From Aplysia californica (lineage: Eukaryota), in contig NW_004797556.1 of assembly GCF_000002075.1 (NCBI RefSeq), forward strand, positions 179,409 to 243,408: a stretch of DNA of 64,000 nucleotides. Direction: 5' to 3'. Positions 26,892 to 38,469 of this stretch are shown here, piece after piece (the first letter of the stretch is position 1; each line of letters starts with the position of its first letter). The notes under the pieces are model-generated. The model saw nothing but the letters and a program-made list of their open reading frames with translations, ran no database searches and was not told the origin of the DNA. A program made the position numbers and the translations under genes.

Positions 26892-29329
26892 GTACATTCA
26901 TGCTGAACATAGTTCTGTACTGCAGCACTTCTCCAAGGGTAACAAACAAGAGTAAAAGTTGAAGCTTGACATCACCATACTGTGGACAAGATTTTATTTC
27001 TTAAAATTTCACGTGAATGGGGTCCCTTATTATGTCTCTTGGCAAATGAGAAAGGCCTATGGAAGAGAGATTTTTAGTGGAAAAAAAGTGCTCATGTGTT
27101 GCCATGGCATTTGTTTTTTTCTTAAGTTTGCTGATTGCCTTTGTCGGGTTTTTTTTTATCAACATTTGCTTGTTGTCTGTTCTCTATGAGTTTTGTGCCT
27201 GTGTCTTCTTCTTTTGGCTTTGGAAAGTATTTTTCTTTGAAATGGATCACTTTCACTTTCAGCTTGCATTGTTCGTTAAAACAGTGGGCTGCACTTCTGC
27301 AGATTTAATCGCTTTTCATTGACTATTTCTATTGTTCTTTCACATGAACTTGCTCATGTTTGCTTGTGTCACAGCACTTCTTTAATATAGGTATATCTGT
27401 CTTGGTACAGATTTATGCAACCAACTTGTTTCGCGTGCTCAAGCGCTGTAAAACTCTTACTAAACTAAGCTAAACAGGTATACTGTCTGTAGCAGCCCCC
27501 TGTAAAAGTACATGATGTGACTCCTGGTTATTTACAGTGGGGTCCTAAAGAAACTTGAAAATGTGTTCACCCAATCATGGAGTATACCAATTTAAAACTA
27601 AGTAAATTCTGCGTTATCTGATCATCTATGGTAATAGTCGCCCCAGATGTGGTCACTCGAAACTGACCTTAAAATATCATGCTTGGCAAATTTCTGTGAA
27701 ATCAGAGAAACGTAAAAGTGTATTTGTGTTTGTATTGAAGTGTATTAATTAACATTGATGGAATAGACATGTATTGCTTATAAAATGAACAGAGAATTTT
27801 TTTTTCTTCAATAAAATATATTTTATTAAAACAGTTTGAAACAGAATTGGAAAACAGTAGAGCTGTACCCCGGTAGCAATCTTGCTCTTGCTCGCAAGCC
27901 CCTAGTTCAAGTCACAAGCCTCAAATCACTAGGTCAAATCATCAAATCAAATCACCAGCATGATAAGTTGAGTCTAGCCAAAACTGTAACCTCCTTGGTC
28001 TAGTCTAAACTTCAAGTCCACACCAATTAGCAATCCGCGAAGCCACTCGTGTCAGACCCCGTCATCATCCCCACCCTGCTTGCAATCCATGAAGCCACTT
28101 CCGTCAGAAAATGAGAGAGGGGGAGAGTGAGACATCCCGCCCACAGTGTCACTGCGCGGCGTAACGCTGTAGTCTGCTCGATTAATTGAAGGCTTTCAAG
28201 CAGCGGACAGCCGTCAAGTCTCAAATCCCATCCGCAGCACACAAGTCCCATGATTCTCATAGTACTGTTTTGTGCCAGTGAATTGTCCCAGGACCAGCTC
28301 GAAACCTGACGACAAGTCACTTTGCTGTCTTGCTGTAGCAGCGAACGGCAGGCAGCAGGACCGCTCGCTATATGAACTTTGAACCGTGGAGGAAGGAAGA
28401 TGCTGTGTTTGTTTTGGTGCAAGATGTAGAGAGCTGAAGTTATTTCTAACTTCCCGCCGTTGATCAGCTAAGCAAGTGGATAAGTGAGAGGGAGCGTAGT
28501 AGCAGAGACCTAGGTTTCTGGTAGTAATGAGAATAAGTAGACTTAGATTACCCTAGAATGGAAAACTCTAGGGGTCATTGTTATTGGCTTTTGTATCGTA
28601 ATTATGTAACCTATTTTGTAGATGTGTCACGCTCACAGTGACATAATACAGAACATTTAGGAGACGGGCTAGGCCTACTTCAACCTAGTGTCAGGGCCAA
28701 CCTGTGCTGAGAGGGAACAACGCCCCAGCAGAAAGACGGAGGTTTTCAGTAAAAATTTCTCCCCATACGGGAATCGAACTGATGTCTTTTGCGTGCGACG
28801 ATGAAGCGCTTGGCTCGTGCACATTAAAAATAAACCGGCCTTTGCATCGTGAGAATAGCCGATCCAATATTAATTTTTAAGTGCATTGAATAGAGCTTTT
28901 TATTTTTTATAACCCGACTGGGAAAAAACCAAAACAATCTTTCACTTTTGGTGCAAGCCTCTCAACGCAAATAACCAGAGAATCTTCTGTAATGTGTACT
29001 GAGCCCACAGCCAGGAAGGTTCGCGACGTCACGACACTGTACTGTTCTAATTTCGATTTTATTTTGTTGTGAAACCTTTATTTTTCACGTCTTTACACTC
29101 TGTGTGGCCACAAATGATATTCTCGATGCTTAAAACAGAGCTAAAAAAATTCTGGTGCTTTAGATTAAGTTACCTCTATCAACATAATGCTATACGTCGT
29201 CACAGAGAGTTGAAATCTTGAAAATTAATGGCAACTTTTGCCTTCTTTTGTGGCAAGTTTTGGACCAAAAAATGGTAACAAACACAGATGCTAGATATAG
29301 CACGCGATACTTTGACTTACCATTGCATG

Positions 29330-29900
29330 TGGTCATTGGTATTTTGTTATGGAGATATTGATTTTGTGTAGAGCACGAACCCTTTGGGCATGGATTTGGT
29401 TAAATTTTGGACAAAATTATATGTCATTTTATCCCAAATGTCACAGGGAGTTGTAAACAAAGCGTCTGAATTGGGAGCAAAGTCGTGTTTCTTCAGCTGT
29501 AGTTTCATGGAGCTCAACATATCTGTAGGATTCATATCTGGGCTGTTTACTGATGACCACTCTGTTGTTGGAATGATTTGCTTTTCCAAGAATTGTCTGT
29601 AGGCTTTGGCCCTTTGAGAAGGTGCTTTATCATGCATAAAGATGCCTACTTGATTGTAAACAATGAGCACATTTAACATCAAGTTCACATTTTGTGCGGA
29701 ACCTGTGACTGCTCTGTTTTTCAATTTGTCTGGAAATATTGTAATAAAATGTTGTTCTTTTCAGAGACAATAATATTTTCCTTGCATTTGATATGCAATA
29801 CTCCATTCCACCAATGTTGACACTCCAATGCAAGCGAAAGCACAATTTACATTTCTTTGATTTCACATAATTTTGCCAAGCATGAATTTGAAAGGTCAAT
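29330..29900 (-). pseudogene. Tc1-like transposase C-terminal remnant
   Basis: FMHDKAPS..W..NSPDMNP. Confidence 0.65.
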
Positions 29901-30565
29901 TTTGAATTACCCTATCTCAGGTGACTCTACTTACTTATGGTACAGAATTGATTTTTAAAATTATTTGGTGTCAGAGTTGAACAGATAGAGTAGTGTTGAG
30001 GAAAATGTCAACTTTTTAATGTTTTAGATGTATGCTAAGAATAGATGAGGGAGTCCAGTGATGCTCCTGCAGTCAGAAAAATCTGCGAATAAGTGGCACA
30101 GTTGTTAAAGCCCCAGGATTTAAAGCTGAGAAAAAAAGTTACACCTTATATCCCAAACTTTAACGAATTTCCTTTGTTCTTCAGGTTTAAAAAATCCATC
30201 ATGTAAAATGCATCCTGTGTTTGTGGATTAATGGTTAGGCTGTTCATTGTTGCATGCAAAAGACATGAGTTCTATTCTCATGTTTTGGGGAAATCTGCTT
30301 CATAGAATTTTTTCATCTTTCCAGATGCTGGATCCCACTTTACCGAGTTGGCCCTGAGAGGCAGGCTTGAAGCAGCAGGTCTCCAAAATAGTCTAAATTA
30401 TGTCAATAGGCGCTTGAATACTCGCAATGTAATTATCTTCCTCATCCAGGTATTACTGCCAGTGAAGAAAACATTGATTGTGTTAAGGTCTGTTTCATAC
30501 ATTGTGCTGCCTCATCTCCTTGTGGTCTCAATCTATTGTTTGTTGTCTGTGCTTCCTCTCTGCAG

Positions 30566-30743
30566 ACTACGAGTTATTTTGTGAAATTCTGGTGCAACGG
30601 CCATGGAAACGGAAGACTTTGTATCTCTCTACGTCTATGACCTCTGATGACCTGCAGCACATGCGCACAATGGCACAGCACCACTTTGATCAGATAATGG
30701 TGGTGCTAAAAGAAATGCCTCGCAACCTGTTGCTAGTTATCAG
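30566..30743 (+). CDS. ADCK5: ADCK5-like alternative exon H2 (canonical-like; DYELFCEILVQRP...KEMPRNLLLVIR)
   Basis: tgcag|AC and AG|gtcggt; 178 nt, phase 1-2. Confidence 0.9.
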
Positions 30744-31561
30744 GTCGGTGCTACAATCTTTATTCTGTTCTTCTTTTATTGAGCGCCCCATGAATCACCT
30801 TGTTGTTAAAAAAGAAAATCTTTTGAAAGATTAGTTTGGATCATTGTTTGGTGCACCGTTTGCTTGTGTCTCTAGGTTTTGGTGCAAATGGCTTTGTTTC
30901 GAATTTGCATTTGGGAATTCTTTGAACTTTGGTTCTTTGGAGAGTTTTCAAATTCTCCATCCTCTTGGCTGACTCATTCCCATGAAAGATTGATGCTAAA
31001 ATCAGAGTTCTTGTTGCTTAAATGTTAAAAGGAACATTTAACTTGTACAATTACCAAGTTCAATAATATTTTGTTATTTCCTCTTTTCTGCTTTGTTGCT
31101 GTCATGCTTGGAGCTGCAGCTTCTGGTTAGTATAAATCTTTGTTAACTTGGAGGAGTGCTTTTACTTTATTAGTTTGCTGTATCGGCTTTTAGGAACTGT
31201 CTGCTTTGTTGTAATTTGGTGCTATTTTTTTACCATCTTTTTTTCTTTTAAATTTTATCTAATGTTGCCAAAGGTAAAATTGTCTTTGGTAAAGATGAGA
31301 TTGATTTTCCTTGTTTAATGCATTCTAAAAGCTAAAGTAATATATTAACATTGTGCTGATTGGTTATACCCATTCAATGGTTTTATTTTTAAGAACAATG
31401 TTATTAAGATTGGGTTTCTATAAAAACTAATGGCAATAAAACTTTCATTGTTTTAGATTTTTAGAGAATTGATACATAAAGCATTAATGTTCTTTTACCC
31501 AAAAGACTATAGAAGCTTGATAATTGAGAATAAGAATGATTTACCCTTCTTTTTGCTATAG

Positions 31562-31636
31562 GAACTTGAACACTATCAGGGCTATCATCCGAGACCATGG
31601 CAACACAGTAGACAGATATGGCATAATGGCAAGAAG
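31562..31636 (+). CDS. ADCK5: ADCK5-like exon I (NLNTIRAIIRDHGNTVDRYGIMAR)
   Basis: tag|G and AG|gtatga; 75 nt, phase 2-2; N.NT.RA..VDRY..MA pattern. Confidence 0.9.
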
Positions 31637-31759
31637 GTATGAAGAGGTTGGGTTTTTTTCTGGGTAAACTTATTTTGAAAAAAAAAAATTGATATAGGTG
31701 TTTTTATGCTCCAATTGACACAGTTTAGATCATTCAGGGAGCGGGCTTCTGACTTTACT

Positions 31760-31903
31760 TGTCAGGGCCAATTTGAACTGAGAAGGATACAACATCTCAG
31801 CAGAAAGACCAGGATGCTCAATAAAAATCCTCCTCTAAATGGAATTGAAATCGTGTCTCCTACGTGCAACAGTGAAGTGCTTAACTGTTACATCACGGGC
31901 ACC
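31760..31903 (-). mobile_element. tRNA-derived SINE 5' part; copies at about 28690-28825 and 63550-63700
   Basis: Shared tcagggccaa..cagcagaaagac block; B-box-like GTTCGATTCCC on the - strand in the 28.7 kb copy. Confidence 0.65.
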
Positions 31904-32350
31904 AGTAACTTGTTACACATTTCTCCTGTGTGTAGTGCAAGTTGCCTTTATCTTCTCATAAAACGGGCTAAGAGGGGGCAATTTCTTATCGGTACTTGTT
32001 GTTGACCTTCTTCTAGTTAGGTTGAAGGGTGACCCCAGTAGGTCCAACTTCTTTTCTTCCCTTTCTTTTTTTATCCATCTTTGGTTTTCTATGCATAAAT
32101 CTTTCCCTACCGGGCCAAAATCCACCACTGGCCCAGAGCTTTTCCTTGACCTGTTTGTCTCAAGTAATGCAAAGAAATGTTGAAAGTTATGTATGTGTAC
32201 CTTATTTATAGAAGTGAAAGTATGAGACATTTACTGAAGTCGGAGGAGCGCTTTCCTTCTCATTTTTACGTTTCACAAAGGGGACAAAAAAAGCGCTGAA
32301 ATAACTAACAATCATCTCTCAGTGATATATTTTCTTTCGTATCTGCTAAA

Positions 32351-33382
32351 AGTAGGTACCGCAAACTGGCCGTGTGCCCCCGTGGCGCACAGTCACGGAG
32401 ACCAAAACCCATATTTTTACCCTCCTAGAACACCGTGTGATCATGCATACACACAGACTCTTGATATATCAGAAGAAAGAGGAGCTTTTCCTCTTTTTAG
32501 TGGTATTATTTATTTGAATCAACGATTCTTTTAAAAGCAAAATCTTGCGGGATAAAAGACAACACTATCAAGGTTTTCACTGTCGCGGCAGCGCGTTTCA
32601 TGTTTTGATTTTTTGAGTGACCTCAGTTGAACAGGAACGGGGAGCGTATGGTATTAAATACTGCAATCTGATTCGTCGGTATTTCCAGATAAGAAGACGC
32701 TCTTTCGGGTGATATATTTCTAAAGACTGTCCTTAAAGAATTAATAGAAGAGATTTGCGTGTGAAAACTTTCGGTGCTGTTTTTTTATGGAACCAGTGAT
32801 CGGACTGATTACGGAAATGTATCGGCAGAAAAAGCCCATTCATTCCTCTTCAAGAATAACACAGCCATTATACGCAAATAAACACCGGACGCTCCCCGTC
32901 GGCTCGCAAGCAGGGCACCATCGCCCCGGTTTCGTATAAAATTCTCTCTCCTTCTCTTCAGCGCGGCCCGGCGCGCAGCCGAAAAGCCAGTGGCCGCGAG
33001 TCGCGAGTGGTGATTTTAACATCCCCTTGTATTTCTTGCCGTTTTGGTCAAAAAGCCATGTAACGACAATAAATTTCCATCTTCTGGTTATTTGATAGCC
33101 CTGAAAAAAAATTGAGCTTGTTCTCTATGTGCATAGGTGTGTGTCTACAAGTTTGTGTGAATGTCCATTCAAATTTAAGAATGTTGTGACATCTCAAAGT
33201 GTAGACATTTCGCAATTAAAAAACTAACATTTTTCTGCAACTTCAGTTGTTCATAACTTTGTTAAAAATGAAGCTATATGTATAAATTTGGTATCAAAAT
33301 GCTCAGAATGATAAATTCTATAAGGTAGTGCAGTTAACTATGAAATCAGAGGACTTTGAAATTTCAGTTTGTGGTACCTACT
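32351..33382. mobile_element. Non-autonomous TIR element (possibly Kolobok-like), CpG-rich interior
   Basis: 18-bp TIR AGTAGGTACC(G/A)CAAACTG. Confidence 0.7.
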
Positions 33383-35172
33383 AAGAGGAAGTCTATTCTA
33401 TTATTTTGAAAACATGGATCGGCCGAGAATTTCGGGTCTTTTCATTACTGAATTGGAATAGATAGCAAGCCACCTGAGCCATATTTTGCGGCTCTCGGTC
33501 CAGCGAGGCTACGTCCGCCAGCCGCATCGCGGTAGGAAAAGTGTTAAATGACTGTTACTGGTTTTATAGGCTTCTGTTTACTCAGAAGTTGTTTGCTTTG
33601 GAACAAGTGGACAATGATTATTAAAGCTTGTGACTTCATGCGGAAGTAGGAGCTGCCAAAACGTGGGTGGCAGATGGATGATCTGGTATGGTTTGCTCCT
33701 TCGTTCCTATCGAACAGCTGTTGTCCTTATTTGTGTTTGTTATTGTAACTCTCCTGTAACACCTTTAATCTTCAGCACTCATATGACGTAATTGTGTTTC
33801 AAGGCCGTAAAACTTACTAAAACAAAAAACAAACTGTTAGCGTCACGATTCTGTCTTGTCAACATGTCAACATGTTACATTTTCACTTGCCTTGATACTT
33901 AAAGGTTTGAACAGCCATTATTTAATTGACATGGAAGTGGCTCAACCTTGGTAATTTAATTGTATACAGTCAAACCTTGTTGCAACGCTGCCTTGTTCTG
34001 TCAGGCCAATGGGTGTCATCTTGACTTGTCATCCAGGTTTTGAAGGTTTGAAACCAAATGGGACCTGGGTTTTTCTTTTTCTTCTTGGAATAGTTTATCT
34101 GATTTGTGTCCAGTCTGAGAACCAAAAACACTGTCTTCTAAATCACCACTTGCATGTGGAGAAGGACGTGCTGATGGACTTTGATCTTATTCTTTTGTAA
34201 GATCTGTGTTTGAAATGTTTTTTTGGAGACTAGCTGGAAGTCAGATAAATTTATATGTAAAAATGTATTCTTTCAGGGGGATTTAAAATTGTCTTTTTCA
34301 CAAGAAAAGTTCTGCAGTCGGGAGGGCCGTAACACCCTCTACTATAAAAAAAAAACGAAAAAAGTTTATTGGCAAAGGTAACAAAGTATCTTACATTTGA
34401 TCTCCCATTCATTTTCCCCTCTTTTGGTACCTGGGTAATTGTATTGGTTTAGGCCAAGCATGGACAAGTGGGTCCAAGTCGCAGGCCAGATTAAGCTATT
34501 CTAAATATCCCGCAGGCCTAAGCAGGAGAATTCTGGGTGAAGCCAGTTTAAATATCCAGACTCTCAAGAGAGACTGAATTTGACACTATAGAATATTTCA
34601 CCCTAGGGCATTTAATGCGATAAAATACTAGATCTATTGATTCCTGCTGAGCCATAACTCTTAATTTTGATTTTTCAAGACAGACAGTTTTGTTCTTATT
34701 AATTATCAGCCCACTTTGGACCGTATTCATTGCTTGGCTGACATGCAGGCGAGACTGAAATTGCTTGTAGACCAGATCTGGCTTTGGGGCCACAGTTTGC
34801 CCATGCCTGGTTTAGGTAATTCCAACACTGTGTGAGAGTGTCCATCTCTGTGAAGACTGAGCTAAGAGGATGGAAAGCTTTGATTATTTTTTGCTTTTAT
34901 TAGAACCAATGTTTATAATAATTGTAATAGATTGCATTTATGGAGCACTGTATCCTATACAAGTATAAGCTCTTGAACACTTTACATTGATGACATGATT
35001 ATACTGAGAGTAAAAACACACACACACACATGAACAAAAACATTTCATTTAAAAAAGAAAACCATTTCCACATAAATAAAGAACTTTGTCAGCCATTCAG
35101 TAATTTTGTAATGTCATTTGCATGGTAGATTTTTCCCATTCAACAAGGTTTAAGCTGTTACTGTTTTCTCAG

Positions 35173-35397
35173 TGCAATTCGAGGCTCCCATCGGGACAGT
35201 GCTTCCAGCGGCACCTTTCTGACAGTGCTACAGGGTTGGTGGCACCGCTGCCTCTACGACTATCGTGTGTGGAGGGAGAACGTCACCCACAAGCTGCTTA
35301 TGTTTCTAACCCTCAACTACTTGCGCTTTCTGCAACTGGTGGGCAAAGCGCCCTCCCTGGAAGAGTTACAGGCTTTCACCAATGCAGAGAAGAAAAG
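35173..35397 (+). CDS. ADCK5: ADCK5-like exon J (SAIRGSH...QAFTNAEKK)
   Basis: cag|T and AG|gtgtga; 225 nt, phase 2-2, open frame continuous with exon I. Confidence 0.85.
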
Positions 35398-35887
35398 GTG
35401 TGAGAGTTTCATAGATATTAGAAAAAGTCTTATACTGAAAACTTATCGGTGTGGGTGTGTGGTGTGTGTGTGTGTATGTGTGTGTGTGTATGAGCCTGAC
35501 GTGAGAAAAATAAGTAACTCCATCTGACTTTACTTTATAAGTCTGATGTGTGTCTGTGTGCGTGCATGTGTGTGTGATAATCGGCAAGATAATTTTTTCA
35601 ACCACTTCTACTATAAAATTGCAAGATGTTTACTGACATGTATTTTTTACAGTTGGTCACCATTGCATCAATACAAACATACTAGGCCCTTTTCACCCCC
35701 CACCCCACAGGGCAATCAACAAGGATCATAAAAATGTATTACTTAGTGTGTATTTTGTCTGCCTTCACATATTCTGACCGTGCATATTGACAAGAGTAAA
35801 GAAGCTGATGTGTAAGAGTAAGAGCAGGCTGGAGAGAGGAACATGGTCAGAAATGGGAGTAAAAAAAGGGGGGTGGGGGTAGTTTAA

Positions 35888-37140
35888 CTCATTCGCTACG
35901 TATTATTTTCGGCTTGTGGACGAATTTTTTTCGGGAGGGCGAAATGAGATGATGACTAGTATGCAGTTCACAGGTCTTGGGGGCCATAAATTCATATAAA
36001 TATCAACATATTATATACCAACATTTTCAGTATGGTTTGTAGAATACATCTGTATTGTTTATTTGAGTATTTTTCAACTTTGGTTCCTGTAAGAGGCGAT
36101 TATGCAACACAATTGTGATTGGCTGCGGATAAAATTTGAAAACAAAAAATTTATAATCTCAGATGAAACTCAAAAAATATGTTTGCACCTAGTCAAATTA
36201 TACATCAAAATAACCATAACTGTATATAGAACAGGAAAATATTGGAAAATGAGCGGTTATTTACTTACATTCCATAATATTTGTACATTTGGATCATAAC
36301 CTCCGATATCGAAAAAAAACCTATACATGTCTTGGGTGGTACTTTTTGAGTAAATTCACCAAAAAGTAGTGATTTTGGGTAGAAAAAAAATATTTTGACC
36401 TTTTAGATCTAGCACTCAAAAATATTGATTTCTCAATTACAGTGCACTGGCAATTTGAGTCCAGTAGTATCAATATGTGAGGCAGCGTGGTGGAATCAGG
36501 CTCTCGTCAATTTTGGGTCATGTAGAGTCATTTGTATCGTCTTAAAGCTTGTTCACTTGTCTTTATTTGGATAAAAAAAATATCCATTTATCTGGAATAC
36601 AAGTCAAGATATTTGCAAAAGAAGGAGGTAGGGTCAACTGTTTTCAGAGGTAAAATTAGTGAGAAAATGGCCGCCAAAGATTAGTTATTTCCTTTGCTTA
36701 AGAGTCCGTGGTAACTGAAAATTGACATGTTTTTGTGCCTTTAATCAACATTTTTCAGAAAATCTGCACAGAAATGAGTTCTTTAACTCATTCGCTACGC
36801 CGAGCCGTGGGGGGGCGGCGTGGCTAAAGTGCCGCCAGTACGCTATGCCGCCCCCGGCGGCTCGAGAACCGACGGTCAATTTTAGCTTGGTTTCTATTCC
36901 AATCCAGATATCCATGTTAAAATAAAGGTCACAATATAAAGTTGACTTCCGGGTCAAGCGTTTCCACCGAAAATCGGAAGTTTTGATTCAGTTTTGAAAC
37001 ACGATTTCGAAGTTTATGCGACATTGTTTTATCGCGAAGCCCAAATTATAGCCCAGACACCAGTCTTAGTACTTTTACACAACAAAATGTATCATTATTT
37101 TGCTCACTAAAGAAGTGTAGGACTCTTCTTTATAATATTG
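35888..37140. mobile_element. Rearranged piggyBac-like element with nested MITE
   Basis: TTAA at 35884-35887, 36783-36786 and 37141-37144; CTCATTCGCTACG terminus present twice in direct orientation. Confidence 0.7.
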
Positions 37141-37154
37141 TTAAGAAACAGTGG

Positions 37155-37518
37155 TACTCCTGTAGGCCATACAATTGAGGTCCCGTTTGACTACATCACA
37201 CTAATCTAGATCTAGGCCTAAATCTAAGTGCCCCTGTAGTACATTAATTTTTACGGTACGTGTTTCGTATTTAGATCTAAACTGAATTAAGATTTACGAC
37301 TAGATATAGATCTATATCTAGATCTAGAGATAGATTGTGTTGTCTATCTAGAATCTAAAATCTAGAGATCTCTAGATCTAGATCTACTAGATCTAGTTTC
37401 TAGATCTATATCTAGACCTAGAATCTAGATCTAGATCTAGACCTAGATCTAAAAATCTAGATTCACTCCCACAATGGCAGTCATGTAAACAAATGGGACC
37501 GCAATTGTACAGGAGTGC
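37155..37518. mobile_element. MITE filled with TAGATC(TA) palindromic simple repeats
   Basis: actcctgta..caattgaggtcccgtttg / caaatgggaccgcaattgtacaggagt inverted termini. Confidence 0.65.
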
Positions 37519-37989
37519 CGAAACCGTGCACCAAAAAAGAAGCCATTTGAAGCTAGTAGACTCCAGGCCTACAGAAGCAAGTAGGCCTACTGTTGATAAT
37601 TATGATAGTAGACCTGTGAATCAAGTTGCATGATAAGGCCTAGTGTGTCTCTGCCAATTCACAGGCGAGTAGTCAAGAGTCGCTCTTCGGTCATTCGCCC
37701 ACCAGGCCACCACTAGATTTAGATCATCTACTTTCCTAACTGCACACTCTTGGCTGGGTGCACAACAAAATCTAGATCTAGATTCTAGATCTTGGTACGT
37801 TTATTAATTAAATACTCTCTCTCTGGGCTAATATAAATAAATTATAGTAGCATTAGATCGACACACCGCCCGAGATGATCAGTAGCCTTGCCTTGTAACC
37901 AATGTAAACTACCGCTGGCTCAGCGAGCCAATCACAATCCAACATTTTTTGGGTCCACCTAGACACCATGACTACGTAGAGCCCAATTG

Positions 37990-38200
37990 GGGAGTACCTA
38001 GACACTTCCAATAAAAAATCATTTCCTTTGTTTTTGAGGGGTTCCCTTTTAGAAAATTTGAATTGCACCATTTAAAAAACATACATATTTCTTTGGAATA
38101 CTCTATTGCATCAATATTTATTAATCCAATGATAACAGAGTCATCTGCAAACTTAATTAAGTGTGCTGTTTTATATTTACTTCTATGATCGTTGGTATAT
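37990..38200 (-). mobile_element. Rex1/CR1-group LINE RT fragment
   Basis: IYTND..LIKFADDSVIIGLIN..WC..N..SKTKEMI. Confidence 0.75.
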
Positions 38201-38453
38201 ATATTGTACTCGAAACTGGTGACAAAACACACCCTGAGGACCGCCGATTTGATCGGGTGGGGTTATGGTAGATTGCCGTATCACGGTAAACCATTAACTA
38301 TATCAGCACCTGTATTTCTATGCTACATTATGTATACGTCATTCCATTACTTTTACATTATTGAAAACTTACACGCTGGTCTCTTATTTCATTATTCACT
38401 AGAGTGGACTTAAAATGACAAATTAATATTTGTGTTTTTTGTTTTTGTTTCAG

Positions 38454-38469
38454 ATTTGACAGCTTGTAG
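38454..38469 (+). CDS. ADCK5: Probable terminal coding exon of ADCK5-like gene (RFDSL*)
   Basis: Strong T-rich acceptor tttttgtttcag|A; phase 2 gives TTT GAC AGC TTG TAG. Confidence 0.65.

Noticed and set aside
28027-28422. 131-aa minus-strand ORF in a GC-richer patch between H1 and H2
   Set aside because: No recognisable motif, non-ATG start and no convincing splice pair; probably a TE interior.
28690-28825. tRNA gene
   Set aside because: Only a B-box-like motif with no cloverleaf, attached to a multi-copy body; it is a SINE head.
26684-30743. H1 and H2 as consecutive constitutive exons, or as part of a whole-gene duplicate
   Set aside because: H1 ends in phase 2 and H2 starts in phase 1, so joining them frameshifts; no duplicates of neighbouring exons were seen.
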